A DNA stretch of 60,160 nucleotides, taken from assembly GCA_021736255.1 (NCBI GenBank), contig JAIPGG010000006.1:1-60160 (forward strand). The letters are read 5' to 3'. This DNA comes from Spirochaetales bacterium (GTDB lineage Bacteria > Spirochaetota > Spirochaetia > JAIPGG01). The notes under the pieces were generated by a model that was given only the letters and a program-made list of their open reading frames with translations, was not told the DNA's origin and did not search any database. The translations under genes and the position numbers were made by a program. Shown in pieces: positions 29,086 to 38,638 of the stretch (position 1 is its first letter; the number at the start of each line of letters is the position of its first letter).

Positions 29086-30531
29086 ATGAATACCTATATT
29101 GCAGTCGACCTCGGAGCTTCCAACGGCCGGATTATCGCGGGGAACCTTTCTTCAATGGAGGTCTTGCGGCGATTTCCCACATACTCTGTAAAAATACATG
29201 GCTCCTATTACTGGGACCTGCAGGCCATTTTCCGCGAGATTCTCGAGGGATTGAAAGAGGCATTTCGTCGTTATGGTGGAAACGGACCGGAGTCGAGGGT
29301 GATCAGCGGCATAGGTATCGATACGTGGGGAGTCGATTATGTACTCACCGATAAAAATGGGGAACTGATCGGACTTCCCTACCATTATCGCGATTCTCGC
29401 ACCGACAACGCCATGGAAGAGGTTTTCAGCATTTTACCGGCAGATACAATTTATCGGGAAACCGGTATCCAGTTCATGCAGATCAATACCCTCTTCCAGC
29501 TCTACAGCTTCAAACGAGATCATCCGGAGCTCTTCTCCGCCGCCCGTTTTTATCTCTCTATTCCTGATTTATTGAATTACTGGTTAACCGGTATAATGAA
29601 AAACGAATATTCCCATGCCACCACAACCCAGCTCTTCAATCCCTCCATCGGTTCCTGGTCCGGCACGATACTCGCTGCCCTCGATTTTCCCCGGGAAATG
29701 TTCGGCTCTATTGTACCCTCAGGAACGAAAATCGGAGACCTCGATTCTGGTGTTGCCGCCGAGGTCGGTGCCGGCTACTCGGTACCCGTCTTTGCTGTCG
29801 GATGCCACGACACGGCATCAGCAGTGGCGGCAGTTCCCGCTGAGGAGGAAAAGGAATTTATCTATATCAGTTCAGGTACCTGGTCTCTGCTCGGTATCGA
29901 AACACCCCGTCCCATTATAAACGACGACAGTTACCGCTTTAACTTCACCAACGAGGGATCGGTAACCGGAGGAATACGCTTTCTGAAAAACATCATGGGG
30001 ATGTGGATCTTTCAGGAGTGCAAAAAGGAATGGGACACCGCCGACGGCACAGAGAACGATTATGGGGATCTTGTTGAAAAAGCTCGCAGACAGGGTGAAT
30101 CAAAATGCACGATTGATCCAGCGGACAACAGATTTCTCAAACCCGGAGAACCGGACGACCCCATGACCGGCCGAATCCGGGCTTACTGTAGAGAACACTG
30201 CGGCTGCGAACCCGAAACCAGAGCCGAATTGATGATGAGCATCTTCCAGGGTCTTGCCGAGGCCTATCGAAATACCATCGAAAGCGTGGAGACGATTACC
30301 GGCACCAGGTTTCAGGATGTTCACATCATCGGGGGAGGAAGCAAGAACAAGCTGCTTTCTCAGCTCGCCGCCGACAAAACCGGCCGGCGGGTCGTTACCG
30401 GGCCGGTAGAGGCTACGGCCCTCGGAAACATCATGGTCCAGGCTATCGCCGCAGGCGAGATAGACTCTGTCTCCGCCGGAAGAAGACAGATCATGCAGTC
30501 GGAGGAGATCCTCGAGTTTCAGCCTCGTTAG
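29086..30531 (+). CDS. Rhamnulokinase/L-fuculokinase (FGGY)
   Basis: DLGASNGR, GIDTWGVDY, HDTASAV, SSGTWSL, TNEG, LKNIMGMW, GPVEATALGN. Confidence 0.92.
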   Translation: MNTYIAVDLGASNGRIIAGNLSSMEVLRRFPTYSVKIHGSYYWDLQAIFREILEGLKEAFRRYGGNGPESRVISGIGIDTWGVDYVLTDKNGELIGLPYHYRDSRTDNAMEEVFSILPADTIYRETGIQFMQINTLFQLYSFKRDHPELFSAARFYLSIPDLLNYWLTGIMKNEYSHATTTQLFNPSIGSWSGTILAALDFPREMFGSIVPSGTKIGDLDSGVAAEVGAGYSVPVFAVGCHDTASAVAAVPAEEEKEFIYISSGTWSLLGIETPRPIINDDSYRFNFTNEGSVTGGIRFLKNIMGMWIFQECKKEWDTADGTENDYGDLVEKARRQGESKCTIDPADNRFLKPGEPDDPMTGRIRAYCREHCGCEPETRAELMMSIFQGLAEAYRNTIESVETITGTRFQDVHIIGGGSKNKLLSQLAADKTGRRVVTGPVEATALGNIMVQAIAAGEIDSVSAGRRQIMQSEEILEFQPR

Positions 30532-32218
30532 GGCTTTCCGGCCCCTCGTTTTCCCGGTACCGGCTGGGGGTCATTCCGCTGTATTTTCTGAACTGAACAT
30601 AGAAGTAATCCGGATTATCGTACCCTACCCGCCGGCCGATTTCACCTGCCGACAGGTTCCTCTGTTGGAGAAGACGTTTTGCCTGCTCCATTCGAAGCGA
30701 AAGCAGATACTCGTTGAACTTCTTCCCGGTATAGCTGTGAAATTGCTTACCGAGATAGGGAGCGGATAACTGAAATCGGTCTGCGAGAGTCTTTAATGAC
30801 AGAGGACTCGCGTAATTCCTGCGGACAAACCCCACGATGCGCTCGATGGACGATACATTTCTGCTTCGGACTTGTTCGAGATGATCAACCACCTGGAGAG
30901 CGGTTTCCTGCATCCACTCCATGGTATCTTCGAGGGTTTTTTGGCGGAAAAGGCCGCGGAACAGGCTCTCGTAACCTCCGAGAATATGATCGACAGGAAG
31001 CCCGTTGATGCGAATTACCGCCAGCAGGTTCGACAAGACCTCCACGGAAAAGCCCCGGAAATAATCGAGGGAGACCACCCGGGTATGCAGAAATTGACCG
31101 TAGGTCTGTTCGAAAAATCCGATCACCTCCTCCCGGCGGCCTTCATTGACGATCTGAAAGAAATACTCCAGGTCGACCGAACGCAGTTCGTTTTCTTTCT
31201 GCAGGAAATCATCGACATCGTGAATCGTGATGATGTATTTCGGCAGATACCGGATCGGTTCGACTTCAAAACCGGAAAACCAGTCCGCCGCCGTTTTGCA
31301 AGCGAGTGCCCCGTCCATAATCGGCGATTGATATGTTACCGCGTGGAGTGTTCCGGCCTTTATAAACTCCAGGCCCACCTTGGTGCTGCCGTTGGCAACC
31401 CGCACGATATCCTCCCGTCCTGCTTTTCGGACTGCCTCGTTGATACCTATCTGCGGGAGCTGATCATCCGCACTCACGATCCCCCTCAAACGCCGGCCGT
31501 GCTTTTTGATCCATCCGCTTACGACTTCCTCTGTCTGATCACGATCGAAACCGGTATAATCCATTTCCAGCAGCTCCATGGCGGGGGCAATCTTCTTGAG
31601 TTCGGTTATTACCGACCAAGTACGGGCATAGTATGCGGAGGTGCCGGGTTTGTGTTGAATGATCCCGTATCCGCCCTGATTATCGAGAAAACCTGCGAAG
31701 GTGCGGGACAAGAGGCGGAACTGCCCCCAATCATCGGGGCCCGTCCAGGAGAGAATGTACTGAAAGCCCTCGGAGCTCGGCATGAGATTGCTTGCCATCA
31801 CCGGAATGCCGGCCTGGTTTATCCGACAGTACCAGTCGGTCCCCGACTCCGTATCTTCCGGAGACAGAAGAATCAGATCGGGACGTCGGCGGATTGCCTC
31901 CTGTACCTGTTCCTCCTGAATACCAGGCCGCCATCCCGCCGAACGGAACTCCACCTGAAAACCGGAGGCTGGAGCAGCATCCAAAAAGCCCCGCTGATAT
32001 CCCCGCAGATAGGGATGTTCACCGGGGAGAAGGACAATGATGTGCTTCCCTGAAGGTCCGCCGGATGGAGGTTCGGGAATATTTTTTTTCCGCACATCCC
32101 ATCCGGCAAACTCGGCATCATACCAGGCCCGTTCATCATCCGGGGGGTAGTTGTGCGGATTTCCGGGCCTCGGAGGTATCTCTTTATTTTGATAGTCCCA
32201 CAAGATCGGGCTTTGCAT
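30491..32218 (-). CDS. AraC-family regulator with an N-terminal sugar-binding (PBP type I) domain
   Basis: C-terminal double HTH (LSLKTLA..SAPYLG; VGYDNPDYF..FRK..GMTPSRYR). The N-domain is paralogous to the adjacent binding protein. No signal peptide. Confidence 0.9.
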   Translation of the reverse strand: MQSPILWDYQNKEIPPRPGNPHNYPPDDERAWYDAEFAGWDVRKKNIPEPPSGGPSGKHIIVLLPGEHPYLRGYQRGFLDAAPASGFQVEFRSAGWRPGIQEEQVQEAIRRRPDLILLSPEDTESGTDWYCRINQAGIPVMASNLMPSSEGFQYILSWTGPDDWGQFRLLSRTFAGFLDNQGGYGIIQHKPGTSAYYARTWSVITELKKIAPAMELLEMDYTGFDRDQTEEVVSGWIKKHGRRLRGIVSADDQLPQIGINEAVRKAGREDIVRVANGSTKVGLEFIKAGTLHAVTYQSPIMDGALACKTAADWFSGFEVEPIRYLPKYIITIHDVDDFLQKENELRSVDLEYFFQIVNEGRREEVIGFFEQTYGQFLHTRVVSLDYFRGFSVEVLSNLLAVIRINGLPVDHILGGYESLFRGLFRQKTLEDTMEWMQETALQVVDHLEQVRSRNVSSIERIVGFVRRNYASPLSLKTLADRFQLSAPYLGKQFHSYTGKKFNEYLLSLRMEQAKRLLQQRNLSAGEIGRRVGYDNPDYFYVQFRKYSGMTPSRYRENEGPESPNEAETRGSPPTA

Positions 32219-32233
32219 CGGCAACAGTATATC

Positions 32234-32266
32234 AAAAAAGGCCGCCGGAACGAATCCCGGCGGCCT
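32234..32266 (-). terminator. Intrinsic terminator after the sugar binding-protein gene
   Basis: GGCCGCCGG-loop-CCGGCGGCC stem with an A6 run on + (T6 on -). Confidence 0.7.
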
Positions 32267-32293
32267 GTTGTGTCGTGTGCGTTCTCTATGTTC

Positions 32294-33496
32294 TTACCAC
32301 TGAGCGGGCATGAACTCTTCTACGTTCTCTGCAGTGATAACCTTCTTCGGCAGATAACGGACCGGTTCGATCTCTTCACCGTTGAACCAGTCTGCGGCGG
32401 TCTTCACCGCGATGGCGCCGTCGGCTTCTGCTGACTGATAGGTAATGGCGTGCAGATCACCTGCCTTTACGGCATCCATACCAACCTTGCTGTTACCTGC
32501 GGCAACAACCACGATGTCCTCGCGGCCGGCCTTCTGCAAAGCTTCCTGGATTCCGATAGCCTGGGCGGAATCGTCGGCCGCACAGATACCCTTCAGATCA
32601 TCGCCGAAACGGGTGATCCAGTCGGATACGACCTGCATGGTCTTTTCTGCCTCGAAACCGGGAGCCTGATAATCCAGGGTCTCGATGTCGGGTGCATATT
32701 CGGAGAGTTCGGACATGGGGCCCCAGCAACGGGCAAAATAAGGGGATCCGCCGGGGGCATGCTGTACATAGGCAACACCAATGTCCTCGCCTTCGAAGTT
32801 ACTCTTCATCTCGTCGGCCCATTCACGGGCGAGCATGCGGAACTGACCCCAGTCGTCGGGACCGGTCCAGGCGATACAATACTTCATGCCTTCGTCTTCG
32901 GGAAGCATATTACTGACGATGATGGGAATACCGGCCTGGTTTACTTTCCGGATCTGCTGTACGGCAACCTTGGCATCGAGGGGAACGAGGACAATCATAT
33001 CCGGTTCGTCTACGATTGCTTCATCGAGCATCTGGTTCTGAACCGCTACATCCCAGTTCGGAGAAAGGATGGTGGCGTCCATCTGGTAGGCGCCGGCAAC
33101 TTTCTGTACACCATTTCCGAAGGCGGTAAGGTATGGATGATCACCATTGATGATTACAACCACTTCCTTCCCTCTGGCACCATCTGCAGGGGATTCGGGA
33201 ATATTCACCTTCTCCGCACTCCATCCTGCATACTCCATGTCGTACCAATGCATCGGATCGGTTTCAGGCAGAGATTCAGGATCCTCGGGGCGCTCGGGGA
33301 TTTCCTTTTGCTCCATTTCCAGGAGAAGCGGCTGACCGTCACGGGACTTGATCTTGGTCACGTCGACCTGCTTCGACCATTCTAAATTTTCCGAACCTCC
33401 GCTTTCAGCTGCAGGCTCGGCACTTTCCTGTTGACCACCGGCAAAAGCAAAACCGGCAATCGACAGCACCAGGAGAAGAACGAACAGTTTCTTCAT
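32294..33496 (-). CDS. Sugar ABC substrate-binding protein (RbsB-like fold, with an N-terminal extension)
   Basis: Signal MKKLFVLLLVLSIAGFAFAGGQQE; AGIPII, AADD.A.G, ITYQSA. Confidence 0.92.
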   Translation of the reverse strand: MKKLFVLLLVLSIAGFAFAGGQQESAEPAAESGGSENLEWSKQVDVTKIKSRDGQPLLLEMEQKEIPERPEDPESLPETDPMHWYDMEYAGWSAEKVNIPESPADGARGKEVVVIINGDHPYLTAFGNGVQKVAGAYQMDATILSPNWDVAVQNQMLDEAIVDEPDMIVLVPLDAKVAVQQIRKVNQAGIPIIVSNMLPEDEGMKYCIAWTGPDDWGQFRMLAREWADEMKSNFEGEDIGVAYVQHAPGGSPYFARCWGPMSELSEYAPDIETLDYQAPGFEAEKTMQVVSDWITRFGDDLKGICAADDSAQAIGIQEALQKAGREDIVVVAAGNSKVGMDAVKAGDLHAITYQSAEADGAIAVKTAADWFNGEEIEPVRYLPKKVITAENVEEFMPAQW

Positions 33497-33583
33497 CTGT
33501 CACTCCTTTTTTTGTCGTTATTGATCACGACAGCTCAGGCTGTCTGTGATTCACCTTTAATAAGCGAGATCACCGGGAGACCA

Positions 33584-34636
33584 TCAGGTTTTCCGGCCAT
33601 CTTCCAATTCTTTGAGCAATTCAGCGCGTTGCCCCTTTAGTTGTTCGTGTTTATAAATATAATATGCTTCATATAAAACAACACCTGCAAGTATCATTCC
33701 GCTCGCAAATATCTTGAACTCCGTTCCTACATTGAAACGGTTCATTCCATTGAAAAGCGTTTCGAGCATAAGCACTGCTATCATTGTTTTGAACACGCTG
33801 CCTTTTCCGCCCATCATCGAGGTTCCTCCGATAATGGTCGCAGCTACAACAATCAACAGCGAGTTCACACCCAGATCAACCGGCGAAGAGCTCATCTCGA
33901 TAGCAACCATCGACCCTCCGAGGGCTGCAAAGAAACCGGCAAAAACAAAGGCCAATATGGTATAGGTATCCGCCTTCAATCCGGCAAGCCAGGCAGTATC
34001 GCGGTTTCCTCCGACCATGTAGAAGTTCCGCCCGAACCGTGTCCTCTTTAAGAGAACCTCCATCCCGACCACACTGAGTATGGCGATCAAAATACGCGGA
34101 GTAAGCAGACGGATCGAATCCAAGAAGGGCATCCGCATAAAGTCGGACAAAGCGAAATCCGCCGGTGTGGTAGCACTCAGGGAAACGTCGGTGTACATGT
34201 AGATTACACCCTGTACGATAATCATCATTCCCAGCGTTACGATAAACGAGTGTATCTTCGCTTTCGCCACCAGCAAACCGTTGATCAGTCCGATCAGAGA
34301 ACCGGCGGCAAGTGCAATTACAACTCCCAGCGTCCATGCCATTCCCGGAGGGAGCTCGGAGAACATGAGGCGGAATCCGATGGTGAACACTGCTCCCAAA
34401 GAGAGCGTGGATCCAACCGAAAGGTCGAGCTGGTGAATAATCAGAACAAGGGTGAACCCGATCGCTACGGTAGCGTTCAGGCTCATGCTGCGAAGAATGT
34501 TGGTAAAGTTCCTGAGCCCCACAAAGTTCGGGGCAAAAATCGACATAACGAGAAATACACCGAGGAAGATGATATATATTCTGTTTCTGTCGATCCAGTA
34601 AACAGCATTCTGTTTCGAGTCGAGTTTAGGCATCAT
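33584..34636 (-). CDS. Sugar ABC permease (RbsC-like)
   Basis: LDLSVGS, FIVTLG, TRFGR..GGN, IIGGTS..GGKG. Confidence 0.95.
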   Translation of the reverse strand: MMPKLDSKQNAVYWIDRNRIYIIFLGVFLVMSIFAPNFVGLRNFTNILRSMSLNATVAIGFTLVLIIHQLDLSVGSTLSLGAVFTIGFRLMFSELPPGMAWTLGVVIALAAGSLIGLINGLLVAKAKIHSFIVTLGMMIIVQGVIYMYTDVSLSATTPADFALSDFMRMPFLDSIRLLTPRILIAILSVVGMEVLLKRTRFGRNFYMVGGNRDTAWLAGLKADTYTILAFVFAGFFAALGGSMVAIEMSSSPVDLGVNSLLIVVAATIIGGTSMMGGKGSVFKTMIAVLMLETLFNGMNRFNVGTEFKIFASGMILAGVVLYEAYYIYKHEQLKGQRAELLKELEDGRKT

Positions 34637-35714
34637 CCCTCCCGAGCTTTCTTAGACTGCGTGCGTTGATATAAACGACGGTTATAAAAACGATCCCCTG
34701 AACAACTGTCTGGGAGAAGGTATCAATACCCATAAGCGTCATTATATTCCGCATTAAACCAATTACAAATACGCCTCCGAGGACTCCTATTATATCGCCC
34801 CGGCCCCCGTTGAGCGTCATTCCACCGATAACAACGGCCGTCACAGCATTAAAGTCATACCCTTCGCCGTTGTAGTACGCACCGACCTTTCCGAGCGAGG
34901 TAATGAAGATACCCGTCAGGGCGGCAGTGAGGGAAGAGATCAAAAAGGCCGTACCGACTACCCGGCTTGCCTTGATTCCGCTGAGCCGGGCCACATCATA
35001 AGAGGACCCGGTTACCTTCAACTGCTGTCCGAACTTTGTTCGCTTCAAAAGGAACTGTGCGGCAATTACCAGTGCAATGAGAATAATAACGGTGATAGAG
35101 ATGCTGCCGAAGATGCGGATCCGGTACAGATTGATAAAGGCATCCGCCAGATGCTCGTTTCCGATGCCGGCCTTGATGTCGGGGTAGATCTGTTTGTTGA
35201 GCCAGACCCAGCGTACCACTCCCTTGGTGACATAGGCCATAGCCAAGGTCCAGATAATCGGGTTTGCCCGAAGTTTACCGACGGCAAAGGCATTAACAAG
35301 TCCCACACCTACACCTACCAGCAAACCGGTAAAGATACTCATGAACATTCCCAGAGGAATGAGTTCGATGGCGATATAACCGGAGAGGGCCATGGTTGTC
35401 GGAATAGAGAGATCGGCAAAGTGGCCCGAATAGGTTACGAAGGCTACACCGACTGCCGCCATCCCGAGCAGCGTTACTGCATCGAGAATATTGAGAAAGT
35501 TTTTTGAATTAAAAAAACTCCCGCCGAAAAGAATAATCCCTACGAGAATAAACAGGATAGCTACAACGTAAACACCGAATCTGTTGATCCAGAGGTTCAA
35601 ACCGGATTGCTTTAACTCCCGGGAAACAGGCGGGGCCGCTGCAGCATTTCCCTGCCCCGGCGGTGAGTTTTGCTGTGCGGGCTGCTGTTGGTTCAGATCA
35701 TCCGGCATTGACAT
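34626..35714 (-). CDS. Sugar ABC permease (RbsC-like)
   Basis: DLS, TKFG, AVVIGG..GGRG; multiple TM segments. Confidence 0.93.
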   Translation of the reverse strand: MSMPDDLNQQQPAQQNSPPGQGNAAAAPPVSRELKQSGLNLWINRFGVYVVAILFILVGIILFGGSFFNSKNFLNILDAVTLLGMAAVGVAFVTYSGHFADLSIPTTMALSGYIAIELIPLGMFMSIFTGLLVGVGVGLVNAFAVGKLRANPIIWTLAMAYVTKGVVRWVWLNKQIYPDIKAGIGNEHLADAFINLYRIRIFGSISITVIILIALVIAAQFLLKRTKFGQQLKVTGSSYDVARLSGIKASRVVGTAFLISSLTAALTGIFITSLGKVGAYYNGEGYDFNAVTAVVIGGMTLNGGRGDIIGVLGGVFVIGLMRNIMTLMGIDTFSQTVVQGIVFITVVYINARSLRKLGRDDA

Positions 35715-37221
35715 ACCTCCCTTCTCCGTTAGCCGCTAACAGGACTGTTTCTTCAGTGGCTTCCCCTCCGGGAATCTCGCCGATCATGTGTCCCTTCCTC
35801 ATCATGACGATTCTGTCCGATATTCCCACGAGCTCGGGAAGATCCGAGGAAACAACAATTACGGCATTGCCTTGGTCGGCCAGTTTTTCTATGGCTTTGT
35901 GAATAGTAACCTTTGCTCCTACATCGACTCCCCGGGTAGGCTCATCGAGAAACAATACGTTAGGCTCTATGGCAAGCCACTTAGCCAAAAGGACCTTCTG
36001 CTGATTTCCACCGGAAAGGTTGCTCATCGTTCGCCCCGGATCGGGAGGATAAATATTCAACTCATTGATAAGAGATTTCATCTTTCCCGCTCCGCGTTTA
36101 CTCGAAAAGACAAAATTCTTTACCAGGCGGGGAATTAAGGCGGAGAGAATATTTTCTCCGACGGTCAGGCGAAGAGCGAGTCCGAAAAGCTTTCTATCTT
36201 CGGTGAGATAGCCCACGTCTTTTTCGAGGGCCTCCGTCATATTCTTGATCCGGATCTGTTTCCCGTCCAGAAAGATTTCTCCCTCATCGATCGCGTCGAC
36301 CCCCGTAATTGCCCGGGCCAGCTCGGTCCGGCCGGCACCTGCAAGGCCGCCTATACCGAGAACCTCGCCTTCGTGAGCGGAGAAGGAAACATTGTGGAAA
36401 AACCCGTATCGGGAAAGATTTTCAACCCGCAGCTTTTCCTTTCCGGGGGTACGTACCCGCTTACTGAACATTTCCTCCATCTTTCTGCCGACCATCATCT
36501 CCACCAGCTCCGAGGTGGTTACATCGCTTACCTTTCGGGTGTCGATGCGTTTTCCGTCCCGCATAACCGTTACCCGGTCGGCAACCTCGAAGACCTCCGG
36601 AAGATGGTGAGATATATAGATAATTGCCAGCCCCTCGTCCCTGAGCTTGTGAATGATACCGAAAAGCAGAGCTACCTCATCCCGGGAAAGAGCAGAGGTA
36701 GGCTCGTCCATAACCAGGATACTGGGCGCATTTCCCAGGGCTTTTGCAATCTCGACCAATTGAGCCTGGTGCTGACTGATTTCTTCTATCTCCAAAAGCG
36801 GATCGAGATCTCCGAGTCCTACTCGCTCGAGAAGTTGTTTGGATTCTTCCACCATCCGTTTTTTATCGAGGAAACCCTTTTTCCGCGGCAAACGGCCTAC
36901 CAGGAGGTTTTCCGCGATGCTGATCGGCAGAGCCTGGGTGAGCTCCTGGTAAATCATTTCGATCCCCTCATCCTTTGCAATGGAGGGTGAATGGAGTTTT
37001 ACCTGCTGTCCACCGATGAAAATTTGTCCGGTATAATCGTTAAAAGATCCGGCAAGCATCTTCATGAGAGTAGATTTTCCGGCACCGTTCTCGCCGACCA
37101 GTGCATGAACCTCACCGGCCTGGACGTCGAAACTTACGGTATCGACTGCTATGGTCCCGGGAAACTGCTTGCTGACGTCCTTCATTTCTATGGCCTTCCC
37201 CAACTGTTCAGCTTCACTCAC
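35698..37221 (-). CDS. Sugar ABC ATPase (RbsA/MglA-like, two domains)
   Basis: GENGAGKST, MDEPTS, LSGGNQQK, DEPTRGVDVGAK. Confidence 0.97.
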   Translation of the reverse strand: MSEAEQLGKAIEMKDVSKQFPGTIAVDTVSFDVQAGEVHALVGENGAGKSTLMKMLAGSFNDYTGQIFIGGQQVKLHSPSIAKDEGIEMIYQELTQALPISIAENLLVGRLPRKKGFLDKKRMVEESKQLLERVGLGDLDPLLEIEEISQHQAQLVEIAKALGNAPSILVMDEPTSALSRDEVALLFGIIHKLRDEGLAIIYISHHLPEVFEVADRVTVMRDGKRIDTRKVSDVTTSELVEMMVGRKMEEMFSKRVRTPGKEKLRVENLSRYGFFHNVSFSAHEGEVLGIGGLAGAGRTELARAITGVDAIDEGEIFLDGKQIRIKNMTEALEKDVGYLTEDRKLFGLALRLTVGENILSALIPRLVKNFVFSSKRGAGKMKSLINELNIYPPDPGRTMSNLSGGNQQKVLLAKWLAIEPNVLFLDEPTRGVDVGAKVTIHKAIEKLADQGNAVIVVSSDLPELVGISDRIVMMRKGHMIGEIPGGEATEETVLLAANGEGRYVNAG

Positions 37222-37284
37222 TGTTTGAAGACCTCCTTCTTGTTTTCGAAAGCATCAGAGGCTGTTCCGGATTTGCCTCTTACA

Positions 37285-37343
37285 TGTAATCCATTACAAC
37301 CCCATACCCGGGATTTGTCAAGAAAAAATTGTAATCGTTTCCA
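37285..37343 (-). promoter_or_regulatory. Sigma70 promoter of the sugar ABC operon with two LacI-type operators
   Basis: On the minus strand: TTGACA (37321-37316), 17-nt spacer, TGTAAT (37298-37293). Palindromes TGTAATCCATTACA (37285-37298) and TGTAATCGTTTCCA (37330-37343). Confidence 0.8.
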
Positions 37344-37562
37344 CAAAAACAGGGGTTTTTCCACTCCCTAAGTTTTCAGAACGATAAAATCCGCAATATT
37401 CCGGTTGTTGAACGATGCCCGTTCTTGCGTTATACTATTTTACCTAGGAAAAACTAGTTGTTTTTTCGCTCCGTACCAGGGAAATCCGGGGTATTATCTG
37501 TACCGGTGTTTTTTTTCAAAAAATACTTGCAAAAAACGACATTCCGGGTGATTCTAATAGGG

Positions 37563-37576
37563 TGTAAACGTATACA
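37563..37576. promoter_or_regulatory. LacI-type operator upstream of lacI-fucI
   Basis: TGTAAACGTATACA has the same TGTAA-nCGn-TwCA pattern as the two sites above. Confidence 0.75.
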
Positions 37577-37598
37577 CGAATAGGGGATGAAACGAGCA

Positions 37599-38594
37599 AT
37601 GGCAGCAACGATCAAAGATGTGGCGAAACAGGCAGGAGTTTCCACCGCCACGGTATCCAGAGTAATCAATAACGACAAACACATCGCACCGGATACAAGA
37701 GAACGGGTGCTCCGAATCATTTCCGATCTCAATTATACCGTCAACAATGTAGCCAGAAGCCTGAAGATAAACCGCACACACACCGTAGGGCTTATTACGC
37801 CGGCTATTGCCGAGGATTTTTTCATGCAGGTAGCACAGGGAGCGGAAACCGTACTCAGGAAAGAAGGGTACACCCCGATTATCTGCAATTCCAACGAAGA
37901 GCTCGAGGAAGAAACAGCCAGGATACGGCTTCTTCTGGAACAACAGACCGACGGTGTCATCATCATTCCGGCCACAAACCGGGGTGAGCATTTTGACATG
38001 CTTACCTCCAATCACATACCCTATGTCCTGGTGGACCGCGTTGTGGACGAGACCAAGGCAGATGCGGTTTTAGTGGATAATATCAACGGCGCTTACGAGG
38101 CGACCGAATACCTGATCAACCGCGGTTACCGCCGTTTCGGCTTTCTCGGCGGGGACATAGAGCATCAGTCAAACGCCCGCGAGCGGTTCGTCGGATTCAA
38201 GCGGGCCCTCGAAGATTACAAAATCGAGCTGGAGGAAGATCTGCTCAAGTACGGGGATTTCCACGAACGTTCGGGGTATGAACTTATCGGCTCCTTTTTG
38301 AACAATGATCGAGCCCCGGAGGTCGTGTTCATCTCGAACTACTACATGTATGTGGGTGCGGTAAAATACCTCATCCGGAACAAAGACACAATGAAACAAC
38401 CGGTATACCTGGCCAGCTTCGACGACATGGCTTTTTCCGAAGTCAACGGACTGCCCAGTTTGAATATCGCCCAGCCGATCCAGGAAATCGGCATGGAAGC
38501 GGCGCGGCTTCTCCTCTCCCGTATCCGGGGAGAAGAACTGCCTTACCCGCAAATTCGCCGTTTAAAAACACGGCTCGTACATCATAATACCTGA
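37599..38594 (+). CDS. LacI-family regulator
   Basis: [26 protein letters not shown], sugar-binding domain. Confidence 0.97.
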   Translation: MAATIKDVAKQAGVSTATVSRVINNDKHIAPDTRERVLRIISDLNYTVNNVARSLKINRTHTVGLITPAIAEDFFMQVAQGAETVLRKEGYTPIICNSNEELEEETARIRLLLEQQTDGVIIIPATNRGEHFDMLTSNHIPYVLVDRVVDETKADAVLVDNINGAYEATEYLINRGYRRFGFLGGDIEHQSNARERFVGFKRALEDYKIELEEDLLKYGDFHERSGYELIGSFLNNDRAPEVVFISNYYMYVGAVKYLIRNKDTMKQPVYLASFDDMAFSEVNGLPSLNIAQPIQEIGMEAARLLLSRIRGEELPYPQIRRLKTRLVHHNT

Positions 38595-38638
38595 TTTCCG
38601 GTAATCAGAGGCCGGAAACAACCTTAGAGGAGGAAAAC

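Noticed and set aside
30491-30531. 41-nt convergent overlap of the kinase and AraC genes as a regulatory device
   Set aside because: The overlap covers only the AraC tail beyond the HTH; such overlaps are common and nothing supports a function.
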